DNA of 64,000 bases from Octopus sinensis (taxonomy: Eukaryota), in contig NC_043004.1 in assembly GCF_006345805.1 (NCBI RefSeq), positions 69,068,001 through 69,132,000 on the forward strand, in the 5' to 3' direction. Below are positions 24,445-38,381 of the stretch, in pieces. The position numbers and the translations under genes are program-made. Position 1 is the stretch's first letter. Each line of letters starts with the position of its first letter. A model generated the notes under the pieces. That model searched no databases and was not told the origin of the DNA. It saw only the letters and a list, made by a program, of their open reading frames with translations.

Positions 24445-24725
24445 ACCGGAGCATTCACCCCTCAATACGGAAAAGTAGCGACTCAACCTGGAAAGACTCC
24501 CTGATCTTTGAGCTGCGCACCCTATCAAGTAACTCTAATCCAGAGATCCTTGGGAGGAACCCCGTTTCGACCGCTTGTACTCGCGATCGTATGCTTTCGG
24601 TCATTACCTGACATTCAAGAACCAAAGATGAGGATAGGCTCGAAAGCCTAATTGAGGATGGCAATAAAAATACGAAGATCACTTTGCTGGCATTTAAACC
24701 CAGAATATAAAGAGACCCAGTCAAT
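24445..24725 (-). mobile_element. RTE-clade LINE ORF2 3' fragment
   Basis: ECQVMTESIRSRVQAVETGFLPRISGLELLDRVRSSKIRESFQVESLLFRIE matches the RTE/Rex3-type post-RT region; truncated at the SINE. Confidence 0.75.
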
Positions 24726-24779
24726 TACCGTAATAATGTTTTGACACTAAATACTCAAGCATATTTATTTATGCATTGA

Positions 24780-24858
24780 AATGGGTATATATATATTATT
24801 ATATATATATATTATATATATATATATAATATATATATATATATATAACCAATATGCA

Positions 24859-24902
<44 letters not shown>

Positions 24903-24906
24903 ATAT

Positions 24907-24951
<45 letters not shown>

Positions 24952-25137
24952 TACATGCATATATATATATGCATACACACTTGCATACATGCTTTTCATA
25001 TATATACACATATATATGTATATATATGTATGTATATAATATATATACATATATGCTCATTCACACATATATATATATACATATATATACTTACATATAT
25101 ATATAACATACACACACACATATACGCGCGCGCACAC

Positions 25138-25212
<75 letters not shown>

Positions 25213-25240
25213 GTATATACATATGTATGTATGTACTATA
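24780..25240. repeat. (TA)n/(CA)n microsatellite complex
   Basis: Direct reading. Similar tracts at 25770-26130, 30280-30960, 31620-31880, 43505-43670, 51385-51560 and 55690-56200. Confidence 0.95.
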
Positions 25241-25880
25241 TGCGCTCGGGTGATTTCAACAGGGATTGTTGAAGTAGGTGGGAATTGATGCCAACAAAAC
25301 ATTAATGTAGCCAAAAGTCAACTCGACATCAGGATAGAATTCTGTGAAGGATTATTATAACGCTGACCAGACCTAAACCTCATTATTAATAATTGTCCTT
25401 TCGGCCAATAAATAAACTACAAATACTGAGACACGTCCTATATAATATGTAATATAGTAAATGTAGCGAAAATGATGAATATAAAATACTACGGGTGACT
25501 CAGAGTGATATGTCATGGAGAACATATGCAATAAATATATAATGCAGATAAGCATAAGAATATATAGCAAGCAACAAAACAAGAAACATGTTGACTGGTT
25601 TATTGGAAATATTCACAACAGCATTATTGATGGACTTTATGTCAAAAGCAATATGGCGGAAGAGATCTGAGATCGGATCAAACAGATCAATCATTATTGA
25701 ATGAATGATGCATGATGTCACACAGACCCGTTGAATAAAAGGGGGAAATGACTCATGAACTAACACACACACATACACATGTATAAATGTATGATATATA
25801 TTATATATATATGAATATATATATATAATATATATATATATATTATATATAATATATATATATATTATATATATATAATG

Positions 25881-25926
<46 letters not shown>

Positions 25927-26184
25927 GTATATATATATATGTATATATATATGTATATATGTATATATGTATATATATATGTATATATTATATATATATA
26001 TCTATATATATATATATATGCATTTATGTAAATGTGCATGTATGCTTGTATGCTTGCTTGTATGCTTGCTTGCATGCATGTATGTATGCATGTATGTATG
26101 TATGTGTATATGTATGTATGTTTGCACGCATTTAAGTGTATATACGTCGTTATGGCAACTGCTGTTGATTTTGTTGTTGCTGTT

Positions 26185-26590
26185 GTCACCTAGCCTTAGG
26201 ACAGTTCTCATAGAACAGATATTTGATCAAAGGCATTCCAGCTCTGTCTATTCCATCTTACTGCATACCAAGGGCTGCGTTGTCTAATGTATTCTGTATT
26301 TAAAATGGTAGACATATGATCCGAGCGATTTGGGGCCGTTATTTCTAGCTGGTCGAGTAACCCCGTAAAGTCTTCTTCGTTGGTTTGGTTATTCTATATA
26401 ATGATATTGTCGTTGCTGTTGTTTGGCTACGAGTCGGCCCCTACTGGAGCAGATCTATAATCAGCGTTGTTCCAGTTATGGTCACCCAATAAACCAGGAA
26501 CTATATTCTCTAATTTATCGTACTTTACTTAAGACGGAGATTCAGCTGTTATTTCTAGCAGATCGCTGTGACTACGTAGACTACACATAA
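26185..26590 (+). repeat. Fragments of further short interspersed repeat families
   Basis: Recurrent motifs gatcaaaggcattccag (also about 29710-29740) and gctgttatttctagc (26337, 26545, 52930). Confidence 0.45.
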
Positions 26591-26800
26591 TCTTCATATC
26601 CATCGCATGAAACATCATTGATGAAGATACTACCAAACGACTAATATCAACAATGTGACTGTAGGGTGAATGCTGGGTACAAATATCATTGGATCTCCGA
26701 AGTGTAATATGAATGAGTGAATATTCACCTCCATGACTGAAGATCGATAACCTTAGGCATAAACATTCGTAACGTCTTCAAAGCTCTCTTCGGGTCGAGT

Positions 26801-26831
<31 letters not shown>

Positions 26832-26869
26832 AAAATAATGGTTTCAAATTTTGGTACCAGGCCAACGAC

Positions 26870-27610
26870 TTCAAGGAGAGATGCTTAGCTGATTAAATCG
26901 ATCTTTGTGCTCGATTGGTACTTCTTTTATCGATCTCGAGAGGATGAAAGGCAAAGTCGACCTCGGCGGAATTTGAACTCAACAACAACAACAACAACAT
27001 CTATCAGTGTGTGTCTATAAATATATGTATGTATTTGTATATGAGATATACTACAGTATATCATATATTCGTACACACATACATACATGCATATGAGTGT
27101 GCGTGTGTGTGTCAGTATGTATGTATGTATGTATGTATGTATGTATGTATGTATGTATGTATGTATGTATGTATGTTTGCATATGTATTGCAATCCGAAA
27201 GGATGAAGGTCAAGGTCGACCTCGGCGGAATTTGAACTCAACAACAAGAACATCTATTATTGTTCGTGTATAAACATAATATATGTATGTTTTTGTATTT
27301 ATGACATATACAACAATATATCATATATTCATACATACATACACATGCATACATGCATACATATATGAGTGTGTGTGTATGTATGTATGTATGTATGTAT
27401 GTATGTATGTATGTGTGTATGTATGTGTGTATGTATGTATGTATGTATGTATGTATGTATGTATGTATGTATGTGTGTATGTGTGTGTGTATGTGTGTAT
27501 GTATGTATGTATGTATGTATGTATGTACGTACGTATGTATGTATGTATGTATGTATGTATGTATGTACGTATGTATGTATGTATGTATGTATGTATGTAT
27601 GTATGTATGT
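26870..27610. repeat. Old ~260-bp tandem duplication (SINE B fragment + AAC repeat + unique + TATG microsatellite)
   Basis: gtcgacctcggcggaatttgaactc|aacaac...catctat...atatcatatattc occurs at about 26955 and 27215, each followed by (TATG)n. Confidence 0.75.
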
Positions 27611-27918
27611 GTATTGCGATACCAACGAATCTATTTTTGTTTGTTGTTTCTGAACGCGTATGTTTGCTAGTAAAATATTGCTTTGAATGAATTGATCGGG
27701 AATCCTATATATATATAGTTGAAGTCGAATTTGTGTTGACCGTTGAGTAGAAAACTAATTCCTTGATTTTACAGTTTTCTTGAAGTGCTCAGTTTATAGG
27801 TAACTTATGGTATTTATGACTTTGGTAAAAAAAAATGTTTCAAGAGAAATCTGAACAAAAGTTTAGCTTCAAATGTTCATACTTCTAAACGGAACGATGG
27901 ATTATACCACATATTGTT

Positions 27919-27988
<70 letters not shown>

Positions 27989-28824
27989 CGCTGTTACCGC
28001 TACTGCTTCTGTTAATAATCGGAATCAAGTATTAGTTGGTTGCTTATACCATGCTTTCGTGACTTCTTTTTAGGTTGCCATATAGCCACCATATAATCGT
28101 GTGACCAACCGGTCAATCCAGGTTGTGACAATCGCAGGAAGAGATGGCTATGCAAGCGTAGGGCCGGCACCTTCTTTACCAACTTTCGAAGGATGGCATC
28201 TGAGCTCAAAAAAGAATCGAACGCAGATCGCAGAGCATCAGAACAAATATCACGATGTAATGTATACGACATTAACAGTTTTGCCTATGGCCCACCTATT
28301 TTATGTCTATTTTTACGCTTAAAGAGTATTAAATTTATATTTTGCTATATTCCATTTGTTCTTTGTAGTCACTTCTGCTAAATGCTTCATTATAATAGCT
28401 GAAAGCATAACTGAAAACCGGTCATTTCAGAATGTAAAGCAGTATTTTTAATTAAAGTTTCGATAGCACTATTAGCGTGGTTAGATAATTCGAAGATTTA
28501 TCGAAGATTTTCTCGAGGGTCAATTTTGTAGGGTACACATTAGGAGTTGTGTGGGTTGATTATAACACAAGGGGGTATGCAGCTTTTAGATCAGCTTCAA
28601 CGATAATTGTGAAGCCAAAGTTTTTGGAAAATTATAATTGTTCTTGCGGAAGTCTTTTAGAGTTTTGAAGCTTAAAATTTACCTAATAGCGACTGAAATA
28701 AAGATCCAGAGAAAAGGAAGAATGTTGTATGCCATAGTGTTGAAAATGTGTAATCCCTTAATGTTGCTGTCTTTACTGAATCTTCTTGATTTATATAGAG
28801 TTGTCCCATACACACACACACACA

Positions 28825-28855
<31 letters not shown>

Positions 28856-31623
28856 CACACCACACACACACATACACACACACACGCAGACACATATATA
28901 CATACATATATATGCTACCATTCTATATATTATACTTAGATATACAGATATACGGTAGGAAACTTGAAAACTGCTGTATTTGTTTCGAGAAAGTATCTCT
29001 TATAGACGAGCAATGTTAAAAAACAGAGGAATATATCAGCAGCGGTCGATAATCGTCCAGTAGCGGCGGTGGCGTGGGTTAATACATATTTCTGCTTCGT
29101 TGTGTGTCGTCAGTCGTAACTGCATGGTAAAACAAATTTAACCTCTGTTGATATTGAAAAACAGTGATTTAAAACCACTTATGTTACGATTAGCCTGTAG
29201 GTTGAATAGAGATCCTTTATCCCCGACAGAATGAGTATTTAATTCAAAATAGCAAGCAATCGTATTTAAAGTGCGTATACCACTGAAAATCAAAAAGCTG
29301 CTGCTACTGGGTTTTTGACGATTTTCGTCTGTTTTCGATTTCTTTTATGTGTTTTTCACATTCTACGAATGCTTTCTCGAGACGAATACCGCAGTTTTTA
29401 GACTTTGAGCACAGTATATCTGCTTTAAGTATGATATATAGATGGCTATTTTGTGCTAATACTGCATCCGTCGCCAACAACAAATATGTACACACACACA
29501 TACGCGCGCGCGCTTACTTAACACAGATACAAACACACACTCACGCATACACGCAAACATATACTTAATGCAAATACAAACACACACGCACACGCATGTG
29601 CTTGAGACAGATACAAACACACACACACGTACTTATATATATATATCCTCTGCTAGTCTGGAGTGGTTTTGCTGCTGCTGCTGTTTAACCCAATGTCAAC
29701 CTTGGGTCAACGTACCTTTCATCAAAGGTATCCCAGTTTTTACAATTCCGTCTTTTTTTAAAGCAAGATGTATCCAGGACTTCATTATCCGAAATCTACT
29801 TTCATTTTCAAGTCGGAAGAGTGTTGCGCGGACGTGTGTGCGAGGGTGTGATGAGGGTTAAAAAAAGTGTGGCCGCGAGTTCGATCAGATCCTGTCTCCA
29901 CATCAACTGCATCCTGTTCGTTCGTCTTTTTATTTCTTGTTGTTGTTGTTGTTTTTGTTTTTGTTAAATGTTTAAAACTTGTGTTCGAATGAAATGACTT
30001 CATCAGTGAATGTTTAAGAATCTTGGAAATGGCAGTTTCTATCTACGAATATTAAGGACCTCACAGATGAAACGAGAAAACATATAGCCGAGATAAATGC
30101 ATAGAAATTATGCGATGTACTTCACTCCATCCAATCCATTAAGTTTATTTCACTAACGAAAACAAAACAAAAAAAACAAGACAAAGCGAAACAAACCAAA
30201 ACAAACACAAAATAGTAACAGAATTCCTAGGAAGAAGTTTCTCTTCATTGCAATAAAAGGACACAACCAGTAAATGAGTGTCCAGAAAATATATACATTA
30301 ACATACACACACACACACACACAGACACACACATACACACATATATATATATACATATATATATGCATACATATATATATACATATATATACACACATAT
30401 ATATATCGATACATACACACACATAATTATATACATATATATCACACACACACACCATATATATATACATATTATCTATATATATATATATATTATATAT
30501 ATATTATATATATATACGCACATACATATATATGTATACATACATATATATATTATATACATACATAATATATGCAACATACATACATACATACATATTA
30601 TATATATATATATATATATAATATATATATATATACATACATACATATATACCATATAATATATGCAATATATATATATATATACATATATACATATACA
30701 TATATACATATATATTATATATACATATACATATTACATATTACATATATATTTACTATATATATATATATATATATTATATATACATATACATATATAC
30801 ATATATATATATACAATATACATATATACATACATATATTATATATATATATATATATACATATATAATATATATATATATATATATCTATATATATATA
30901 AATATAAATATATATATATACATATATATACATACAATAACACATACATATATACATAATCGAGGAACTTTCGCCAGGACGTTGTCGGTGTCTGATGGAT
31001 TTGTCGTTTACGCTTCGGGACATTCCTTAGATTGCTACTTTAGTCTTGTGAGCCATTAAGGTTAACATAAAAGGATAGCTTCCATTTTAGTTGTCAGAAG
31101 TTTTTTTTTTTTTTTCTGTTTCTGTTATCTTCTTCACCGGTGTGAGATGGAAAACGCTGTTTTATGGCTCCTGCAGCAGTTGGAAGGTGGAAAGAAAAAA
31201 AAAGGAAAGGAAAGGAAAAAAAAAAGTAAAACAGAGCATAAAAACATTGCTAAGATTTGTTAATGTTTCGAATATTCCAGATTGACATCGTTAAACCCCA
31301 ACGTCTTGTAACGATGTAATGGTTGTGTGTGTGCATGTATGTTTGTTTGTATGTGTGTATAGATAATTGCATGTATATATGCATATATATGTCGGTGTGT
31401 ATGTATGTCTATGTATGTTTGTAATGTAATGTGTGTATGCTTATGTATTTACATGTACACACACACACACACACATATACGCACACATATAATATATACA
31501 CATCAATCTGAAAAGATATATTAATGCATCTGATTATGTACCCGTGTGTGTGTATGTGAGTGTATGTGTATATGTGAGTGTATGGTATCTGTGCGAGCGT
31601 GCAAGTCCGCACATATTTATGTG

Positions 31624-31658
<35 letters not shown>

Positions 31659-31661
31659 ATT

Positions 31662-31719
<58 letters not shown>

Positions 31720-32235
31720 CATATATATATATATATCACATTTTTATTATGTATGTATATATATATATATATGTTTGTACGTATGTGTGTGTATGTATGT
31801 GTGTATGTGTGTATGTGTATGTGTGTGTGTGCGCGCGTGTGCGTGCGTATGTGTGTTTGTGTGTTTGTGTGTGTATGTGTATTTCTGATCGAACTTCCCG
31901 ATACTCAAGTTATATTTTGTAAAAGTATTTCTTAAAAATTATATTTTATAATTTTTATAATTTTCATAATTTTTATAACGTTTATAATTTTCTTAAAAAA
32001 TTTATAGTCGGTTTTTAAGTGAATGTGTTCACCATTTTCTTATTAAGATCGCTTCTAAAACCACTAAGAAAAATCCAAAATATTTTATCGATTTTCCGTG
32101 CGATGTTAACCCCTGAAAAATGAACTTGAAATATCGATTGGTTTCATATATACTCCGAACCAATTATCCTGCAATGTTGAGACCAGAAGGGCCCGAGTTT
32201 CCAGATTTTCCGTTTTTTTGGAGCCAGTCTAAATA

Positions 32236-33497
32236 TTGGGTTATCCCATAAATAATGGGGTTCTTTTTTTCTTTTATTATTCAAAATTAGGATAAACAAA
32301 GTTCCTTTTTAATCTAAAATATACTTTCCTCCATTTTCTACAATGCTCTTCCATCTATCTGGTAGAATTGCAAGGCACCTGTTCCAAAATTCACTTCTCC
32401 GTGATGAAAAATACTCCTCCACTACTGTTCTGACCTCGTCAACAGAATTCATATTTTTTCAGTCCAAATGATTTTGAAGACAGCGGAATAAATGATAATC
32501 AGATGGAGCAATGTCCGGTGACAGATGGAGCAATGTCCCATTCAAACTGCTCCAGCCTTTGGAATGTCATCCTCACTGTATGAGGCCGAGCATTATCCTG
32601 ATGGAAGAACACCTTTCGTCTAGAAACCAAAGATGGTCGTTTTTCATTTAGCGCTGACTGAAGCAGTCAAGCTGCTCGCAGTAAATCACCTTTGTAATCG
32701 TTTGGTTTGGGTTTAAAAGTTCAAAGTAGACTAAACCTTTCATATTCTCACCAAACAGATAACAACACTTTATATGAGTGAAGACCTGGGGTGCCGGTCT
32801 TTCTCTTTTCCCTACACACTGTTTTCGACGTTTGACATTTTTATAGAGAACCCATTTCTTGTCACCAGTCACTATTCAGTCTGAAAAAGGTTCTTTTGTG
32901 AGACGTGACAGCAAAGATGAGCACACATTCACTTTCTGTGCATGATTAGATTTAGAAAGTTTGTGAGGAACCTATTGACCCAATTTGCTGACTTTTCCGA
33001 TGGCATGTAGGCGTCAATGAATGGTTGATTGACCAAATCTAAGCTTCTCTGCTTGTCTCTCAACAGTTACGATAGGATTTTGTTCCACCAGGGTTTGCAG
33101 GATGTCATCGTTAAGCTCTACAGATTTTCCAGGATGAGACTCGTCTTTTAGGCTGTAGTTTCCGGCTCAGAATTTCTGGAACCACCATTGACACTAGCTT
33201 ATGCTTATTGTCCAATCTCCATATACTGCATTACTGTTCCTCTCACTTTCCATTGTGTTGTTGCCTTTATTGAACTCATAAAGCAAAATATGCTGAACAC
33301 GTTCCTTTGTCACTTCCATTATAGCTTCGAAAAAATAACTGTTAAAATCGAACTGCACTCTTTAAAACTTGCACTAAGAATAAAGGTAAAATTATAACCT
33401 GCTTCTATAGGAAGTTGATGCACGTAGTTTATCCCGCCCCACTCCGACATTTAGTTCATGCAATTGAAAAAACCGCATTATTTATGGGATGACCCAA
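32236..33497 (-). mobile_element. Full-length but decayed mariner transposon (cecropia/Hsmar1-like)
   Basis: TA-flanked TIRs ttgggttatcccataaataatg (32236) and cattatttatgggatgacccaa (33497); length 1262 bp; VTGDKKWVLY and APSDYHLF motifs; in-frame stops. Confidence 0.92.
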
Positions 33498-33642
33498 TAC
33501 ATAGTTACAGTATACGAGTAAAATAAACAATGAAAAGTAAAGATCCAAATGGTATTTTACAGATCCAAGTTACTACAATTCTAAAGTTGGGTCTGTTGGA
33601 TATTTATCAATCCAAATAAATCTTTTAAAATACATCATACAC

Positions 33643-33720
33643 TACCATGTATACCATGTATACCATGTATACCATGTACACCATGTATACCATGTATTGT
33701 ACACCATGTATACATGTATA
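33643..33720. repeat. 9-bp minisatellite (TACCATGTA)n
   Basis: About 7-8 copies read directly. Confidence 0.9.
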
Positions 33721-34164
33721 CAGTATTGTGTTCGTAGGGTGAAAATGAAAGAAAATGATTTTACTTAACAAACAGAGGTAGAAATAAATACAATTCTAAA
33801 GCAGAGCATATTTCATCTTTATTCATCCATTAAAAAGTAAAGAACCAAATTATTTTTAACACATCAGTTGCAAATTAACCAACTTCAAAAACAGGATCCG
33901 TTTACTCAGTCCCGGGAACTGTATATTGCATGATATCGCAAAGTGTTCTCGGATTTCTGGAAGCCGGATAAGAAGTCCATTACTGTATTTGCTCTCACAA
34001 CTAGCAGTTTCTTCTAGCCGTTGTAGCACTTCTAGATGTCCCCTGGTTTACTTTATTTCCGGTAACTTAAAATAGTATTTCATCAGAGGCAGGTAGGAGG
34101 AAATCCAATTCAAATCATTGAGTGCAGATTAAAGGTTTCAAATTAACACCTTAAAACATGTATT

Positions 34165-34510
34165 TATCTATTTCCCAATGTCACTGCATCACCCAGAGTA
34201 TCGGATCTTGTTGTCATACACCGCTGGTCACAATGTGCTTCCAATTCGTTCTTCGTTGCGCTATTCTTTTCCACCTTGTCCCAAATCGTTTAATTAAATC
34301 ATTTTCCCATCATCGTGAAGGCCACCCAAGGGACCTTTTCCGATCTTTTGCATCATATCACTCTGCATCTATCTGGGTTCACCTGTTGTCTGTAAACATT
34401 GCGACATGTCCGACCCAGCAGAACTTATGCCTTTGGTATTCTGCGATCGCGTCGTTCACTCCGATCCGTTCTCGAATTACTTCATTTTGGATATTTATTC
34501 ATTTATGTTA
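34165..34510 (-). mobile_element. RTE-clade LINE ORF2 3' fragment
   Basis: Reverse strand: IQNEVIRERIGVNDAIAEYQRHKFCWVGHVAMFTDNR*...KRSLGWPSR*W; matches WAGHV..DNRWT..GRP..RW with stops. Confidence 0.75.
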
Positions 34511-34821
34511 CTTAAATGAATTTATTTAAACCATGTGGACTAGAATTAGTCGCAAGTAGTGAGCGTCAGGGACAAAGTCTTATATACTAATAAATGAGGT
34601 TCTGGCATTTCGAGAGTAGTTTTCTATATGTGTGTTTTATGAAAATTGTATACTCTGGGCCTCGGTCAGATGGGCGATTTATCTTTTGATACAGACACAA
34701 CACAGGCTACACTTTCGGGTTTTCTTGGATAAAGTTTTCAGGAATAACTCAATAGGTTTACTATTAATTCCATGGAATATTCACGGGTCCCGCTAGTTAT
34801 TATTATTTGTACTGTAAAAGT

Positions 34822-35150
34822 AATGAGCTGGCAGAATCGTTAACTCACCGGACAAAATATTTAGTGTCATTTCGTCCGTCTTTGCGTTCTGAGTTCAAAT
34901 TCCGCAGAAGTCCACATTGCTTTTAATCTTTTCAGGGTCGATGAAATAAGCATCAGTCATGCACGGGGGTCGTTGTAAGCTACTAGCCCCTTCCCCCAAG
35001 TTTCAGACCTTTTGCTTATGGTAGAAAGGATTACTACTTGTGCTGTAAGGGCAGTGAACTGGCACCATCCTTACCATCCTGCTAAAATGCTCTTCTGGTT
35101 CTGAGTTCAAATGCTACCGAGATCGACTTTTTCTTTTATCGTTTCGGGGT
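34822..35150 (+). mobile_element. Two degenerate SINE family B copies
   Basis: gagctggcagaatcgtt...ctgagttcaaattccg...gggtcgat, then again gtgaactggca...ctgagttcaaatgctaccgagatcgac...ggggtcga. Confidence 0.7.
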
Positions 35151-35310
35151 CGATATCTGGATGTGCCCATATGTCCGTACGACCTGTGTTTTTCCAAGGA
35201 AAAGTCCGACCGCGTGGCCCCAGTTACTGTTAGAACACAAATAACAGGAAGAGAAACGGTTACTCCCATCGCCTTGGGTTAGTACTTGTTTTGAATTGAC
35301 CCGAAAAAGA

Positions 35311-35668
35311 TACAAGGAATATTCCCCTTCATCAGCTGCCCCTGGTTCGACTCAATGCGTGTTTCGAAGGTAAGGGCAGAACACGACCCCTCTGCAAAAG
35401 TATTTTATTTAATTCATTTTGCAGAAAGAACTACTTCGGCCGGATCGTCTTCTGCCCTTACCCCTCTGAAAAAGAATTTTATTTAATTCATTTTGCAGGA
35501 AGGACTGCTTCGGCCGGGTCACCAAACTGAAGGAGAATTTCAGGGGCAGTCGTTTTGAAGACATTGAGAAAATGAAGGAGTCTGTGAAAAAGGTCCTGGC
35601 CACCTTCACTTTGTAGGCTTCTCTGGGGACTTTCACCAAGTGGCTGATGAAGGGGAATATTCCTTGTA
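35311..35668. mobile_element. Segment bounded by a perfect 26-bp inverted repeat and containing a mariner C-terminal relic
   Basis: TACAAGGAATATTCCCCTTCATCAGC (35311-36) / GCTGATGAAGGGGAATATTCCTTGTA (35643-68); inside, LKENFRGSRFEDIEKMKESVKKVL..FTKWL. Confidence 0.65.
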
Positions 35669-35899
35669 TTGTTTGTCTTTTACTCTGTTTTTTCGTTGCT
35701 AAAAAAGTCCGTTTCCTTGTTTGGTTTTATGTTTTCGCTTCTCGTTGTGTTCTACGTTTATTTGTGGTGTCCTGTACTCATATATATATATATATATGCA
35801 TGTATATATACATATAGATGTAGGTATGTACATATATGTATGTAGTTATGTACATATATGTATGTATGTATGTATGCATATGTTTTATTTGTTAGACTG

Positions 35900-35936
<37 letters not shown>

Positions 35937-35938
<2 letters not shown>

Positions 35939-36860
35939 AAATACTAAATTTCTAAATCTCTCGTAGAGACATGTACGGTGGTGGGGCGATAGAATGGTTG
36001 TATACTTATAGATGCACACCCTTATAGATGCACACACACACATATATATACATACACATATACTTACACACATGCACACACATGTATACATACATGCATT
36101 CACGCACACATACATATATGTATATACATACATATATGCATATACATACACATATTGTTTGTTCCTTCTCGAGCCATGTCTGGCTCATAAGGGCAGGTTT
36201 CCCGGTTTCCTTTGTGTATAGGTTCCTCACCTGGACGGGACGCCGGTCAGTCGCAGGTGAGCTGCAAGATGCAGGAGAAAAGAGTGAGAGAAAGTTGTGG
36301 CAGAAGTTCGCCATTATCTTCTGCCACAGATGCGTGGAGCTTAGGTGTTTCGTTCATAAACATACACATCGCCCGGTCTGAGATTCGAACCTGAGATCCC
36401 TTGACCGCGAGTCCGCTGCTCTAACCACTAAGCCATGTGCCTCCACTACATACACATATATATATATATGTGGCAGAAGATAATGGCGAACTTCTGCCAC
36501 AACTTTCTCTCACTCTTTTCTCCTGCATCTTGCAGCTCATCTGCGACTAACCGGCGTCCCGTCCAGGTGAGGAACCTATACACAAAGGAAACCGGGAAAC
36601 CTGCCCTTTTGAGCCAGACATGGCTCGAGAAGGAACAAACAATATGTGTATGTATATGCATATATGTATGTATATACATATATGTATGTGTGCGTGAATG
36701 CATGTATGTATACATGTGTGTGCATGTGTGTAAGTATATGTGTATGTATATATATGTGTGTGTGTGCATCTATAAGGGTCTACATCTATAAGTATACAAC
36801 CATTCTATCGCCCCACCACCGTACATGTCTCTACGAGAGATTTAGAAATTTAGTATTTCT
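35937..36860. repeat. 924-bp palindrome: 392-bp inverted arms around a 140-bp spacer, flanked by TA
   Basis: Left arm 35937-36328 is the reverse complement of 36469-36860, with 5 substitutions and no indels by manual alignment. Confidence 0.95.
36155..36446 (-). mobile_element. tRNA-derived SINE (family C)
   Basis: Head gtggaggcacatggcttagtggttagagcagcggactcgcggtc...ggttcgaatctc (A and B boxes); internal 11-bp hairpin; tail ggctcgagaaggaacaaacaa. Confidence 0.8.
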
Positions 36861-36939
36861 TATATATACATAAATATATATGTATACACACACGCACGCA
36901 CGCACAAACACAGACACACACACATATATATGCATATAG

Positions 36940-37395
<456 letters not shown>

Positions 37396-37631
37396 TATCT
37401 AACTCTCTCTCTCCCTCTCTTTACACACACACACACAGACATATTGCTGCATTTCACATTTCCTCGACGTACAACTCAGCGTGTAATACCAGACTTACAT
37501 TTCCTTCAGCGATATACAAAACATATTTATTAATTTTATTAACTATTCTCGGCAGGACCCAGCCAGGAATATCAGAACTTACCTTCCATCCGCACGGCAC
37601 ATGGACATTATTATATTAACCGTTGTGGGTG

Positions 37632-37645
37632 ACGATGTCGATGAC

Positions 37646-37677
<32 letters not shown>

Positions 37678-37852
37678 CGACGATGATGATGATGATGATG
37701 ATGACGATGATGATGATGACGATGATGATGATGATGATGATGGATGATGATGATGATGACGAGGATGATGATGATGACGATGACGATGACGATGATGATG
37801 ATGATGATGACGACGACGATGATGATGATGATGATGATGGATGACGACGAGC

Positions 37853-37893
<41 letters not shown>

Positions 37894-37903
37894 CGACGAC
37901 GAC

Positions 37904-37935
<32 letters not shown>

Positions 37936-37948
37936 CGACGACGACGAC

Positions 37949-37985
<37 letters not shown>

Positions 37986-38053
37986 TTGATGATGATGATG
38001 ATGATGACGAGGATGATGATGATGATGATGACGATGATGACGATGACGATGAC

Positions 38054-38085
<32 letters not shown>

Positions 38086-38123
38086 CGACGACGACGATGA
38101 TGATGATGATGATGGCGATGATG
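37632..38123. repeat. (GAT/GAC)n trinucleotide microsatellite
   Basis: Direct reading; two single-G interruptions shift the poly-Met/poly-Asp frames. Confidence 0.97.
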
Positions 38124-38322
38124 CAGACTATATAGTTTCATTGGACTCTGTTACTATTTTTTTTTAAACTTTAAAAGCAGGTAGGTTTGGTGAAGTGAGG
38201 GTTACGTGCATCTTTCTCTTTACTCAAGTTCTGTTTTATTGATTTTGGCGAAATTAAATACAATAATAGATTCTCTCACTCACACCACCACCACCACAAC
38301 TTTCATCTGTAAATGTACATAT

Positions 38323-38381
<59 letters not shown>

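Noticed and set aside
26737-26790. CTGAAGA...CGTAACGTC as a hammerhead
   Set aside because: GAAA is replaced by GTAA and neither stem I nor stem II pairs. CTGATGA-type hits at 22835, about 30000 and 35644 also lack the rest of the fold.
24765-31935. Many YI/CV/HT-repeat ORFs (also throughout 35-60 kb)
   Set aside because: Dinucleotide and tetranucleotide microsatellite translations.
33856-34044. Reverse-strand peptide containing LLIRLPEIR, resembling nuclear-receptor (LRH-1/Ftz-F1) helix 10
   Set aside because: Only a 9-residue match; no convincing splice sites, flanking residues or other receptor exons in the window; adjacent to LINE debris.
36340-36446. tRNA-like sequences as real tRNA genes (also 54940-55012 and 55565-55658)
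   Set aside because: A and B boxes are present, but there is no complete cloverleaf and each continues into SINE body sequence.
37611-38167. Poly-Asp, poly-Met and poly-His ORFs
   Set aside because: Pure (GAT)n tract with frame-breaking insertions and no flanking coding context.
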